Source: Salpingoeca rosetta
Lineage: Eukaryota > Protista > Choanoflagellata
DNA length: 64,000 bases
Assembly: GCA_033442325.1 (NCBI GenBank)
Contig: JAWQFM010000009.1
Span: forward strand, 987,729 to 1,051,728
Direction of reading: 5' to 3'
The translations under genes and the position numbers were made by a program. Positions 23,517 through 49,117 of the stretch are shown piece after piece (the stretch's first letter is position 1; the number at the start of each line of letters is the position of its first letter). The notes beneath the pieces were generated by a model. That model worked only from the letters and a program-made list of their open reading frames with translations, was not told the origin of the DNA and ran no database searches.

Positions 23517-26500
23517 TGCGCGCGCGCGTGAGTGTCGTGTGTCGTGTGTGCTTGTGAGTGATCGCACGTGTTTGTGAGTGTATTTGTTCCTTCGCGCACC
23601 TTTGACCGCGACAAATCCATGACGTTCTTGTATGCAGGGGTTCTTGCATGAGCACGGCTTTATGCCAACCATCGACCCAATCGCCCTCAAGCCCGATGAA
23701 ACAGAGTGTGCGTTTCATCCGATACTGACACACACCCCACAAGTGCCTGCGCCTCCTTGTCTGTCCACGACACATGGGCATGTTGATGGTGTTCACAGAG
23801 CAAAATGCTCAACCATCCACCTTCACACCCTTTCACACCCACATTCACACACATTCACACCCACATTCACACACTTTCACATTCACACACTTTCACATCC
23901 ACACACTTGCAGTCTCGAGCGATGCGGAGATGTTTGAGGTGCTGAGCACGCTCTCGCTGCACGATGAGTTGGACGAGGAGGACTCGGAGCTGCTCGCGTG
24001 GACGTGGCAGCCAGGTCCGTTGCACCTGATCTGGCTTTTGATGCTGGCAGTCATGGGCAGTCAGTCAGCATGTTGGGCTTGCGTTTGCCAACGGTTGAAT
24101 GAAGCACCAGCGTCATTGTTGTGTATCGCTGACTTACTCACTCTTGCATGCACATCGCCACCTTCCACGCCTCATGCTCCACGACCCAGGTCCCTTTGGT
24201 CCCTACTGCCCTGTTGCCTTGCACCTTGAGGGCGAGTTGAAGCGCGGCAGGGCGGCGTTGGCGGTTGTGTTCCAGGGCCGCCTCTACCTTCTCTCGTCTG
24301 AGACAGCACGCTCCGCGTTCCTGTCCAACCCGCGCACATATGTGTGTCGTCCCAAGCGCGTGCCATGCCGTGTGGTCATCACGGGTGGGGAAGCGTCCAA
24401 GATGAGCACGATTGCCAACGCGTTTCTCTCGTCCCGCCCCGATGGGGGTGAGATTGGCATCTTTGACCTGGGCGACATGCTTCCAGAGGATGACGCAACA
24501 GACGACCAGAAGAACGATGCTGTCCGCAACATGATCGATGTCCTCGCATCCTCAAAGGTGTGTGGGTTGTTTGGTTGTGTGTTCTTTTGTTAGTACGTGC
24601 GTGTGCGTGTGTGTGCGTGTGTGTGCGTGTGTTTGCGAGTGGAGGAACCGCGTTTTGCCATGGCGTATGCATGCAGTTTATGCTTCAATTGTGCTGCTGT
24701 TTCTTTTTCGACTCAACCGCTCACTACTCCCCTCCTCGCCCACTTGTTCATCTTTGGTAGTCGTGGGTGGCGCACGTGAGCATTGACAAGCTTGCAGACA
24801 CGGTCCACAAGCTGATTGGTACGCCCGCTGCGCCGCACACGGTTGCTGTGCTGCGCCCTCCTCCCCGCCCTGCGCTGCCAGAGATTGTTGTTCCGGGCCC
24901 AGACAGCGACGACGAGGAGGAAGGTGCGTGTGCGTGTATGTAATATTTGTGTGCGTCGATGCGCACGTGATACAACGTTCATGCCCTTCTTCCTTGAGTG
25001 TGTGACTGCACCTGCCGTCTTCCGCTTCGCTCTGCTGCACACACACACACACACACACACATGCACACACACACATGCACACACAAATACACAAGTATTC
25101 ACGCCGTCGACCCCCACGTTGCTCTGCCCCCGTCCTTGTTTTTTTGCACTTCCCTCCAATTGCCAGCGTCCGTTGGCGTGAAGAAGCCGATTGCTGCTGA
25201 TCCGCGCGTCGAGATTGTGCAGGCGGCAATCAGCGAACTGCAGCAGAAGGGCGCAATTGCGTTTGGACTCAAACACACGTCGGCCGAGTGCCCCATGGAG
25301 GTGGAGGCAGACGTGCTCGCTGACATGCACTTCCACGCCAACATGACATTCAAGGTGCGGGCCGTCTGCTCGATAATCGAGCCGCCGCCACTGCTGCTGC
25401 TGCTCTTTCCATTGTCCATTGCAGACTGGCTTTCAACTGCACTCACCAACACTTTGCATGCGTGCAATCCCTGATGCCTCTTGGATTGCACACACACACA
25501 CACGCACCCTCACCCTCATCCTCACACTGTTGTGAATCCTCCCACACACACGCTTGCAACCACACAAACATACGCTCTGTCATGCACCATAACTCCTGCT
25601 TCTCTCTGCTTCCGCTTAGTTGGCCCCGCGCGAGACGCGAGACATGTTCGCAGACGCAGCCGAGGAAGACCAGCCCAACTTCAACTTTGGTGACACTGGG
25701 AGGTACGCAATGGTTGCAATGATAACGACGACGATTTGCACAGTGGGGGTGCTGGCGCAGTGGCGTGTCTTTGTTGCCTGTTAACTGCAACTGTGTGTGC
25801 TGTGCATCGTTCACTGTCCGTGACGTTGTTGTACAGTGGCAGCTCACCTCACCGCTTGATCCACCATTCCTTCTCAATCCTTCCTCCCCCCCGCAAACAC
25901 AAACACACACTCTCTCTTTCTTTCTGCCACGATGTCGTGGCAGGTTTTGCCCCGTTGCGCTGCAAGAGAAGGGTGTGCTTGCGCCCGGTGTTCCAGACTA
26001 CGCCGCGCGGTTTGAAGGACGCGTGTACCGTTTCACCAGCGAGACGGCGCGCTCACAGTTCCAGGTCGCCCCGTACCAGTTTGTGTCCACCACCAAACCA
26101 CAGTCGCTGCCGCCACCACGCGTGTGCTTTATTGGGCCCTCTGGTGCGGGCAAGACGGTGTTTGCCAAGCGCATTGCCAAGGAGCACAGCCTGCATGTTG
26201 TCGACTTCCCCGAGCTGCTGCGGTCTGTGGCGCAGGACCCGACGCACGAAGCACACGAGGCCGTACAGGCGCACGTGGAGAACCCCGACGACGCGCCGCT
26301 GGCATCGGACATGGCGGTGGCGGTGGTGAAGATGCTGTGGCGACAGGAGCCGTTCAAGACTGGTGGATTTATCCTTGAGGGGTTTCCACGCAACGGTAAG
26401 AGCGGTGACGGAAGTGCACGTGATTGTGGGTGTCTGTTTGCTTTGAGCATGTTGCACTGATGTGAGCGAACTTGAAAACACACCACCAGTTTACACAGAC

Positions 26501-26573
26501 ACGCACGCACGCACACACACTCACACTCACATAAATACATTCACACACAAATACATTCACACACACACACACA

Positions 26574-26616
<43 letters not shown>

Positions 26617-29600
26617 GCACGCACGCACGCACGCACACACACTCACACTCACACAAATACATTCACACACAAATACATTCACACCCTGTGTTCCTGCAGA
26701 TGAGGATCTTCGTGTTGCCACGGAGGCGTCGCTGTACCCCGACGCTGTGCTCAACTTCAGCCTGACAGCGCACGTTGCTGCGCGCCGCCTGCTCGACGCG
26801 GCCATGAAGGCCTTTATTGCCAAGCGAAACGCAATCATCGCCGATCGCAAGGCGGAGCGGGAGCGCAAAGCAGCAGAGCGCCAGAAGCGGCGAGAGGCGT
26901 TTATGGCTGAGCAGGAGAAGCGGCGGCTGGAGTTTGAAGAAAACCTCAGGCAGCGCATCGAAGCAGGTGACATGTTGCTGCGTGCCTTGTTTGGGGTGGG
27001 AGGGGAGCTTTCACTTGGATAAGTTATTGAGCGGGGAAGAGGGGTGGGTGGTCTCAAGAGAGCCGCTTGCATGGGGAACAAGGCTTGCACGTCGTGTCCA
27101 TGCGAAGCAATGTCTTCAGCTGCATGTTGTCATTGTCTTTGCATATGTTTTTTTCCTCCTCACGCTTTCGTTGACCATTTCGCGGGCTGCAGGGGAGGAC
27201 GTGGAGGAGGAGGAGTTTGTTGAGGAGGAGTACCAGTCCGCTGGAGAGGAGGAAGGCGAGGAAGACGAGATGGAAGAAGAACCCCTCGAAACAGGTTTGT
27301 TTGTACATCGACGCAGCAGATGCGTGTATGTGTGTGGATAGACTACTTCTGTCGGTCGAACGATGCATTGTTAATGCATGCTGACAAACACTTGCACGCA
27401 ACCCCCCCTCTCTCTCTCAACACAGGCTTTTCACACACTTACTCACGCTTCCTCTCATTCATTCCCTCCCTGTGCATCTGTCTTCATCCATCTGTCTCCC
27501 CCTTTCTTGTCCGCACATACACACATACACACCTACACACACACGCACGCACGCACGCACGTACACACATGCACACATGCACACACACGCAATGCACTGC
27601 ATGCGCCTGCTTGCAGATGAGCAAGCGCGGGACCGCATCCGGGCCGAGCTGGTAGATGTGCATGAGCGCGTGGCGGAGGCTGCCGCTGCCGCTGCTGACT
27701 CAGCACGCGACGAGTTCAGGGTGACGTCGTTCACCGTCAACGCTGACTATGGCATGTCCCGCGTGTTTGGTGTGCTGCAGCGAAGGCTGAAGCCCCTCTT
27801 GCAGGACAGGGAGGCTGTGCTGGACTTTTGCTACCCGTGCACGCTGGACCACGCTGAGGAGCTGTTGGAGAAGGGCCTGTGCTCGCTCTCCGTGTTTGGG
27901 CACTGGGATCCCGTTGACGTTTTCAACAACAAGGCGGCCATGCCCACGCTGCAGCCCCGCTTTGCTGCCGTGTACCGCAACCGCGTGTACCATTTCACCA
28001 GCAGCGACACCAGGGAGGCGTTTGTGCGGCGCCCGCGCAAGTTCCTGGCCAAGCACCCGCAGGTGCTGCCGGCGCTGTTCCCGGCACCGCGGATGGCCCT
28101 CATTGTGGTTGGGCCGCCGCGAATCGGAAAAACATCGCTGTGCCGCCGCCTTGCTGACGACTACAACGTGCCGCTCCTCAACACGCCCGCCATCCTTGAA
28201 CGCCTTCTCGCGCAGCACCCAGATTCTGGTGGGTGATGTGTGCCTGTATGTGTATTTGTGCGTGTTCACATGTGTGTTTGCCCGTGAATGTGCATGTATG
28301 TGTGTGTTTACATGTGTGTGCGTATGTGTGCATGAATGTGCTTGCATGTATGTGTGTGTGTGCGTCAGTGTGTGAATGGTGAAGATGCAAACTTGTGCGA
28401 CCCTTGACCTCTATTTCATTCAACGAACTCACGGTAGCATGCACGACTGCAATGCAATTCGACGCAACACCAACATCAACACAGTGCTGGCGTCGCAGGT
28501 GCGGTCGTGCCTGATCACGGGCGCCACGCTCTCACGCGACCTCGTTGCCCGCGCTGTTGAAATGGCGTTTTTTGATCCCCAGTGCTGCGCACGCGGATTC
28601 ATCTTTGACGCAGACGCCATCGACCTCCAATCGGTGTGAACGCTCTCTTGCGTGTGTGTGTGGGTGCTTACATATGTGTGTGTGTGTGTTGTGCTGTGCT
28701 GTGTATGTACGCTGTGCTGTGTGGTGCGCGTGTGCGTGTGTGTCCGTCCTTGTGCCGTTGTCATCACAATTTCTGTTCCTTCTTTGGTGCCCCTTCTTCA
28801 CATGCGTGTCGCCAATACCATACATTTCTGACCGATCATTTGCTTGTGTTGTGTGACAGCTGCAGCAGTGGGCGAGCGAAGCGCTTGGTGTGTTTGCAGT
28901 GATTGAGTTGACTGCAACGCTTGACGCGTGTCTCACCCGCAGCCAACAGCTTCGTGCCGGCGCAATGGCAAACGAAGCGGTGCGTCTGCTGTGCAGTTGT
29001 GTGTGTTTGTTTGTGTGTATTTGCTTGTTCGTTTGTTCGTTCGTTTGCTTGTTTGTTCGTTCGTTTGTTCGTTCGTTTGCTTGTTTGTTCGTTCGTTTGT
29101 TCGTTCGTTTGCTTGTTTGTTCGTTCGTTTGTTCGTTCGTTTGTTCGTTTGTTTGTTTGTTTGTTTGTTTGTTTGTTTGTTTGTTTGTTTGTTTGTTTGT
29201 TTGTTTGTTTGTTTGTTTGTTTGTTTGTTTGTTTGTTTGTGTGTATGTGTGTGTTTGTCTGCGTGTGTCAGGGCATGCGTGTATATGGTCATCGACACAA
29301 CGTCACACATCTCGATCTCAAACCCACACCAACAACAAACACTTGTCCTCGCTGATGCTTCCCTCTCCCCCACCACATCCCCTTCCCCTCCTTCCTCCCG
29401 TCCACTACAGGAGCACGACTCTGATGCTGTTGTGCGCGCACGCTTTGACGGGTACACGGCGTGTGTGGCGCCCGCCCGCACGCACTGCATTGAGGAGTAC
29501 CGCAACTGGTACGAGATTCCAGGCACACGCAACATGTGGGCCCAGTTTTACGCCGCGCGTGCCGTGTGCGACTGCGTACTGCGGGCGATTGGCACGAACA

Positions 29601-30902
29601 AGGCGCTGCAGGAGGCCGGGCGACCCGCACCGCTTCACCGCATGTGCACACCAACGTCCACCATCCGTGATGCCCTCTCGTCAAAGTTTGACGTCCTGTG
29701 CCCCGTCAGGTCAGTACGGCAATGTGTATGCGCATGTGTGTGCGTGTATGTGTGTTGACACTACCCCTCTGTCAAGGTGAATCCGAAATGCATTGAGCTT
29801 ACACCAAACGCTGTGCATGCTTGTGACCGCGCACTCCGACATTTCTGTCTTTCGTCTGCGTGTGCAGGTGGGCTGACCACCAAGAGCTTGTGCGCACGCG
29901 CTTTGACGTGATGGCGCACAGCGTCGAATACGGCGGCGAGATCTTCAAGCTCGCAGGCGAAGAGGAACTCAACACGTTTGTTGCAGACCCACAGGTGTGC
30001 GAATGCGCGCGCTTGTGTGTCTGTGTGTCTCTGTGTGTGTATGTGTCTGTGTGTGTGTCTGTGTGTGAATAACGAGTGGAGGGAGAGGTGCGTTGCTGTT
30101 TGTTCGTTTGTTCGTTTGTTTGTCTGTTTGTGTATTTGTCTGTTTGTTTGTACAGTTTGCATGCGTACCATTGCCGGGGGTATGTGAGTTGCTTGCTGTC
30201 CGCTTTCGTGTTATCTCGACACCACACCTCACCTCAACCTTGGCACTTGTCCCCACCGGCATGTGCATGTGTGCGTGTGCGTGTGTGTGCGTGTGTGTGT
30301 GTGTGCGTGCGTGTGCATGTGTGTGTGTGTGTGTGTGTGTGCAGAAGTACACGGAGGCGGATGCGCCCGAGCACTTGCCGGAACATGTGGACGAATCGTC
30401 CGTCAAGCTCCTCTTCCCGCAATCCGTGAGTCACTGTGTCCCCACCTGCGTTGTCTTGTGACTGGTTATATCCACCAATGCGTCTTCTTGTCTGTGTGTC
30501 TCACCTGCACGTACGTCCACTCGCCTGTTTACTTGCATTGCACGGCACGATGTGTGTGCGTGCTTGCATGTGTGCGTGGCATGTGTATCGCTTGTGCGTT
30601 TGCTCTGCTCTGCGAGTCTGTTTATTCACTGACCTTTCACGTTTCGTTTTTGGTGACCACCTCACGTGGTTTTGCTGTCACTGCCGTGCCGCCGTTACAT
30701 CAGATGGAATTTGGCGCCTTTTGCCCCGTCTCATATGTGCAGAGCGGAAACAACCCCGAAGCGATCACGCCCGGCGCTGTCCAGTACGTCGCAAAGTTCA
30801 AGGACGCCTTCTACGCAATGGCAACTAAGAATGCGGTGCGTCCATTTATGTGCGTGTGTGTGTGTGTGTGTACGTGTATGTGCGTGCGTGCGTGCGTCCA
30901 TT

Positions 30903-30968
<66 letters not shown>

Positions 30969-31657
30969 GACTTTTGGGTGCGAGGGGTGTGCATTTTTCA
31001 TTCGTATGTTGAAGAGGATCCGTCGTTTTCTTAGATTGCACCTGATTTTGTTTCCAAGTGCTTTGACGACCCATGACGCATTTTACCGTCTCATCCCATC
31101 TCATCCCAACTCCGCCTGCATGTTGATTCAGCTTGCGGAGTTTATGAAGACACCGCACAAGTTTGCAGACGTGGTACTGCCCGACAAGATCCCTCGCCCC
31201 ACAACGCCAGTGGTGAGACGGGCTCATGCCAACTGCATGCCGTCACAGGCATTCATCTTGCTTGCTTGTGTCTGTGTGTGCTTGTGTCTGTGTGCGTGTG
31301 TCTGTGTGCGTGCGTGCGTGCGTGCGTGCGTGTGCGTGTGTGTGTGCGCGCGCGTGCGCGTGCGTGTTCTCTGGAATCATGAATGCGTGCGGACTCCAGC
31401 TCACTTGCGTCGCATTGCATCAACTGTTGCCGTACAGAACGTGACAACGCTGCCGATGCTGGCATACATGGACTTTACGGTTGCCCAGACCATCACCAAG
31501 GCGTTGACAGCCGTGGGCTTGAAGCGGCCCAAGTTCCCATTTCTCTCACCTACTCAATCGGCCATCTTGTACATTGCAACCTACCTCAAGGCACACAACA
31601 AAGGGTGCGAACATCACACACACGACTATAACATGGCCGCTCACTGTTACACATTCA

Positions 31658-31707
<50 letters not shown>

Positions 31708-31721
31708 CACATTCACTTACA

Positions 31722-31761
<40 letters not shown>

Positions 31762-32106
31762 CACATTCACTTACACTCACACTTGAACCCCCCCCCACCA
31801 CGCCAAACACACCCGCTCTCTCTCTCACACACACACACACATTCACACACATTCACACTCACTCCGTCATGCACTCGTACGCTCCACAGGGCATCCCAGT
31901 TTTCGAGGCAAAAGTGGCAGCAAAAGTTGCGAAAGTTTGAGGAGCGTTCTGACATGTTGCTATATCTGGCGAGGACGATGCAAGCGCGCTTCGACATGAA
32001 CCACCCCGTCGACGTGCAGCACAAGCTCTCGCAGTTCTTCTCCTTGCAGCCGCCCACACCTCACCCACAACTCAAGGCCAAATCCGTCACCACAACCCTT
32101 CCCTGA
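20512..32106 (+). CDS. AK9: Adenylate kinase 9-like flagellar protein (several AK modules and YHS-like domains; multi-exon)
   Basis: Repeated FCPV/YCPV..G...A..F.G..Y.F YHS-like motifs. P-loops GPSGAGKT (~26133) and GPPRIGKT (~28111), plus [10 protein letters not shown] and acidic tracts. The C-terminus [42 protein letters not shown] is characteristic of AK9. Confidence 0.85.
29005..29240. repeat. (TTTG/TTCG)n microsatellite
   Basis: Visible directly in an AK9 intron. Confidence 0.95.
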
Positions 32107-32107
32107 A

Positions 32108-32215
<108 letters not shown>

Positions 32216-32532
32216 GCGCGTTTCTTTCTTTTCTCTCCCCCCCCCCCACCCCTTCCAGAGTGTTGTGTGTTGTCCTTTAAATAGTACAGTGACCTATATT
32301 TTCCTCCAATTTTTTTTTCTTGGATGTGTATTCTTGTGCACACAACACAGCCATTCAACCAACACGGCTGACGCAGCACGACTGAACTGGAGGACAGGCA
32401 CGCTCGAGAGTGGGTACGGGGTGCGACGACACGACCACCAGGCAGAGAGCAGCGAGTGGCTGCACGTGTGCAGAAGAGAGACAGCAGCAAGAAGGCTGCA
32501 GCAGCATAGGTCGTTGTGAGCGGCAACAAACG

Positions 32533-43322
<10,790 letters not shown>

Positions 43323-43874
43323 TCGCACATGCGCACGACAGCGCAGCCAACTTAGTAGGAGGCCCAGCTCATGTTCAAGCAGTGAGAAAGTGAGCGAGAA
43401 AGTGAGCGAGAGAGTGAGTGTGTGTGTGTGTGTGTTTGAGTGTGTGTGTGTGTGTGATGTGAAATGTAGAGTTTGTCTGTGTCTCCGTGTGTGCGTGCGC
43501 ATGCTAGTGTGTTTGTGTGCATGTTGAGTGCGAGCACATCTGGCGTGGTGTTCAAGATGGTGGTTGTGGTTCATAGGAGGGCTCGCGGTACCTGTTGGGC
43601 AAAGTTGTTTTGCAGTGTGTGTGTGTGTGTGTGTGGCTTTTCTTGTTGTTGTTGTTGCTGTTGTTGTTGTTGTTGTGGTTTTATGTGCTTGGTCGTGGCG
43701 CGTGAACAGCATACCCATGATCCAAAGGCTCAACGACACCACCATGAAACGAAATCAATCAACACAAAGACAGCACACGAGTGGTGCGAAACGTAACGCT
43801 GTGGTGTACACTAATTCACGCACACTCAACGACAGAAGAAAGATATCGCACTCCTGGTACCCTCCCTCCACACA

Positions 43875-43960
<86 letters not shown>

Positions 43961-43977
43961 CAGCTGCGTGTCACGAC

Positions 43978-44208
43978 TCAGATGGCGGCCATTGGGTTGT
44001 CGAGGAGGTCATTTGATGATGCCTCGTCCTTTTTGCTCTTCTCCTCTTCTGCCGCAAGTTCTGATTTGATCTCCGTGAACACGTGTACAAAGTCCCATTC
44101 TTTGTCCTCCTGTGTGTCGACATGTGACAGAGCAAGGTCATACATGTGAGCATATCTCAAACAGGCGCAGCTAGCATTTGTGTGTGCGTGTGTGTGTATG
44201 TGTGTGAC

Positions 44209-44285
<77 letters not shown>

Positions 44286-44351
44286 TTCTTTCCCCCACAC
44301 ACACCCTCTTTCTCACACTCACACACTCACACACACACACACACACACACA

Positions 44352-44430
<79 letters not shown>

Positions 44431-45681
44431 GCCTCTGTGTGTGGGTTGCGCTTCTTTGTTGACACCTGACCTCTTTGAGGAGGTGGCTTGGTGTGAGATT
44501 GTTGATAAGGAGCTTCAGGTCGACGCCAGAGTCCGTCTGGTGGTGGACGTTGGATGCATGGTGACAGAAAAGAATGCGATGTGAGCGTATTGTGTGCAGT
44601 GGTGTGCGTGGGTGCACGCGTGCGAGCCTCAAAGCTTGATGGCCCAACGACGACGCTCTGACACGAGCATAGATGCATGATCGGGGTCAAACATAACCGA
44701 CATATCTGAGGCAAGCAGGAAGCGAAGGCTGGGGTCAACACACCTGTGTGAAGGAGAGGGTGCTGGACAGTTCCTTGTCCAGGTCTGCCATGGTCGCCAT
44801 TTGGATGTTTGCGGTGGGCGCCTCAGCAACCTTTGTGGTGATGTCTTCCTCTTCCTCCACCTGATCCTGCAGCTCCGGGATCTCGGGAATGTCTGAGTCG
44901 TCATGTGCGGGGGTTGGTAGAACGGGAAAGGGTGAGGTCCGCTTGGGCAAGACGTGGGGGCAATCACAATTGTCTTGCATGCAAATGTGCACACAGAGAG
45001 CACAGCAACTCACCATCGTCAGAGTCTTCCTCCACAGGAACTGTCATCTTCAGCCGCTCACTAACAATGACGCAGAGTGAATGCAAACATCGCTGGTGAG
45101 TACAACAAACGACATGTGCGGCTCGGCGTGGGTGTGCTTGTGTGTGCGTGCTTGTGTATTTGTGTGTGTGTGTGTGTGCGTGCATGTGTGTGCTTGCATG
45201 TGCGCGCATGTGTGTGCTTGCGTGTGCGTGCATGTGTGTGCTTGTGCATGTGCGTGTACATGTGTGCGTGTGTGTGTGTGTGTCATGGCGTGGGCATGTT
45301 GGCGCATCAGAAAAGAAGAAAGCAACGGCGTTGGCACATCAACACACACTGCGCAACGCACTCTTCCTCGGGAGCCGACTCGCCGCGGTTCCTCCTACAA
45401 TACCATCACAGCGAAGAGAAAGCAGTGTTCAGAGGCATGTATGTGCTTAACGTGCGTTGTGCTTGAAAAAAGAATCATCCAAGGGAGGCCATTGCCAAAA
45501 TCACACATACACACACATACAAGCACACACACACATAAGCACACACACACACATAAGCTCGCATACACAAGCACACACGCAAGAACACACAAGCACACAC
45601 ATGCAGCGTTGCGCACCGTGTGGTCTTTCCCTTGCTCTCATCGCCCCAGCCACCCTGCTTCACAACAGGCACATCCGCCAT
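43978..45681 (-). CDS. IFT43: Intraflagellar transport protein 43 (multi-exon)
   Basis: MADVPVVKQGGWG.. followed by DIPEIPELQDQVEEEEDITTKVAEAP..MADLDKEL, GVDLKLL..L.P and EDKEWDFVHVFTEIKSEL. This matches the IFT43 signature (DIP.IP.L; D.T..VA..P; W.F..LF.E). Confidence 0.85.
44208..44421. repeat. Compound (TGTC)n-(CA)n-(TC)n microsatellite
   Basis: Visible directly in the last IFT43 intron. Confidence 0.95.
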
Positions 45682-46121
45682 CTTCTGTGTCGTTGGTCGG
45701 TTTCAGTCTCCGCAAACAACACCACAAGTTTTTCAGAGCACAGACAAAAAAAAATCGAGTTTCGCGCACTTGCGCTCAGTGACAAACATAGGAAAACATT
45801 GGTGAAGAATCTACTTCTCCCCTGCCTTGTTTCCGGTTGTACACGTGAGTGGGAGTTGGGCGACGCAAGAACTGCTGTGGTGTTGTGTGTGTGTGTGCGT
45901 GTGTGTATGCGTGCGTGTGTGTGTGTGTGTGTGGTTGTGTGTGTGTGTGTGTGTGTCTGTGTGTGGTTGTGGGGGTCATGCGTGTAGGGTGATGGTGGTG
46001 CGGCCTTCGTCTCGGCCATGCGCTGTGTGCTCGCTGTGTGCTCGCTGCCACTCTTCTCACCTTTGTTCCAAAACAAACACGCATCACACTTGTGCATAGG
46101 ATAGCTGAGCTCGTCTGCACC

Positions 46122-47805
46122 ATGGCGACAGCAACTCGCTCCCTCTTCCAGCTGGTCGGCCGGCAGGTGACCGCGTCTGTTCGTCAGACCACTGCCGTCA
46201 ACCCGCTTGGTAAGTGTGTACGAACTGCACGAACGCCGCGCATGGGTTCCTGTCGTCGGAGAGCACTGCATATGCCAGTGCAGAGCTCCTTGCTGCGAGG
46301 CGGGGCAGCGGTCATGCAAGCTAACATAACAAACAGAGCAGTGAGCGCTCACACATGTGTACAACATGTTGCGCCCGCATGGTGCACGCATATATACACA
46401 CACGAGTGGTCCCACACGCCAATAGCACACTCTGTCATGCACTCACACGCACGCACACACTCATACACACACTCTCTCTTAACGTACAACACACCAAACG
46501 TGCACAACCACACAACCCTGCACATGCGTGCGTGCACTTGCAGTGCGCTGCATGTCCCAGTTTGTTCGTGAGAAGCCCCACGTCAACATCGGTACCATCG
46601 GTCACGTCGATCACGGCAAGACCACCCTCACAGCTGCCATCACCAAGGGTGAGTTGCCAGCCAAGCAAGCAAGGCCTGCATGTGCGCTGCTCGTACTGCT
46701 TGCGGCTCCCAACTTGCCGTTGCAGCCACAGTCCTCCCATGCCCGCTGCTGCTTGCTTCTGCCTGCACCTCACCCACGTATTCCGCTCACCAATGTGCTG
46801 TGCGCGCGTGCGTGCGTGCCGGCGTATCTATGCATGCTTCCGTGCGTTCACCTCTGCTCTGCCATGTTGCTGACCTGCACCACCACATTAGTGTTGTCCG
46901 AGGAGGGCCATGCTCAGTACACTGACTACAGCAACATTGACAAGGCTCCTGAGGGTGAGCGACTCTGCGTGCATGTGTGTATGCGTGCGTATGTGTGGAG
47001 GGGATGTGCGTGCTTGTCTTTTTCTGCGCTTACCTGTGTACCTGCTTGTCCGCGCTTTCTTGTTTGTGGATGTTTATTTGTGTCCGAGTTGCGGTTGCCC
47101 TGTGTTCCCTTGGCTGCACGACCACTGCTGCTTCCAATTTTGCCACCTGCCACACGCTGTAGTGTCGGCTTTTTCCAAGCAAGCAACACTGCTCTTACCC
47201 TTTGCCTCCCCCCCCCCCCTCCATCATGAAACACCACCGCCGATGACAGAGCGTGTCCGCGGTATCACGATTTCCACTGCCCACGTCGAGTACGAGACTG
47301 ACAAGCGCCACTATGCCCACGTCGACTGCCCTGGCCACGCCGATTACATCAAGAACATGATCACCGGTGCTGCCCAGGTGTGAACATGTGTTCAACACCA
47401 CTGTGTTATCTCTTCACGCTTTTTCGTGAGCTGCATGGAGGCCGCATGCCTGCGTTCATTCCTTAACTCGTGGTTTGGGCGTTGCACACATGGACGCTGA
47501 CGCAACCCTCGCACACACACGCACACACACACGCACACACTCACACACATGCGCCGTCCCTGTGTTTGGCGATGGTCTTTTGGCAGATGGACGGTGCCAT
47601 CCTTGTTGTCAGCGCCACTGATGGCCAGATGCCCCAGACCCGCGAGCACATTCTTCTTGCCAAGCAGGTTGGCGTTGAGCGTATTGTTGTCTACATCAAC
47701 AAGGCGGACATGGTTGACGACGAGGAGCTTCTCGAACTGGTGCGCCAACAACACCACTGTTACTGCTGATACCGCTTTGTTGTTGTTGTTGTTGTTGTTG
47801 TTATT

Positions 47806-47882
<77 letters not shown>

Positions 47883-48448
47883 AAGGGGTGCAAGAAAGAA
47901 AGCAGCGTAAGATAGCTGTTGATTTTTTTCGTATCTACAGAGGCTGTGCTCACTGCTTCTGTCGTGCGTGCAATGTGATCGTGCTCCAACCCAACATACA
48001 TGCATTCACACACAGGTCGAGATGGAGATTCGTGAGCTGCTGTCCTCTTACGGTTACGATGGCGATGAGACCCCAGTTGTCACCGGCTCTGCTCTCTGCG
48101 CTATTGAGGTCGGCTGGAAGAAGCAATGCTCTGCTCGCACTCTGTGTGTCGTGTTGTGTTGTTGGCTTGTTTTTGGGCCTGTTGAATGGTTGACAGTGAG
48201 ATGGTGTTATGCCAATGGACCGTCATGTTGTGTTGATGCACTTACACAAGTTCAATTGGGTTGCGTTCCCAGGGTAAGGACGACAAGATTGGCAAGGACT
48301 CAATCAAGGCTCTCATGAACGCTGTTGATGAGTGGTGCGTCTAGTTGCAAGTCCTCCTCTGCATACTGTGTGCGTGCGTGTGTGTGTGTTTGGTTGTGTC
48401 GTGTTCTCCTGTCCCATTTGGTTCGGTACCCACTCGGACACACCCATG

Positions 48449-48544
<96 letters not shown>

Positions 48545-49047
48545 CTCCCCCCCTGTCTTGGTGGATAGGATCCCTGACCCTGAGCGCGATCTTGACAAGC
48601 CGTTCCTGATGCCTGTCGAGAACGCCTTTTCCATCTCTGGCCGCGGTACTGTTGTCACGGGCAAGGTTGAACGCGGTGTGATCAACAAGGGCGATGAGGT
48701 TGAGATTATTGGCTACGGTTCCACCATCAAGACCACCGTCACCGGTGTGGAGATGTTCCACAAGCAGCTCGTGAGTTTGGTGTGTGTGTGTGGGGGGGTG
48801 TTTGTGCGTGTGTGTTTGGTGATTGCTGTCCCTGCGTTCTTGTTGTTCTTCTTAGCTTTTTTCCGCTTGCTGTCACTTATACGTCAGCCATGACAGCCGC
48901 TAACGTCGCCATCGCAACGATTGCTACCACGTGCTGCATGTGGTTGTTTTTGCGTGCCAGGATCAAGGTCAGGCTGGCGACAACCTCGGTGCGCTCTGCC
49001 GCGGTCTCAAGCGCGAGGAGATTCGCAAGGGCCAGGTCAGTGACGAC

Positions 49048-49117
<70 letters not shown>

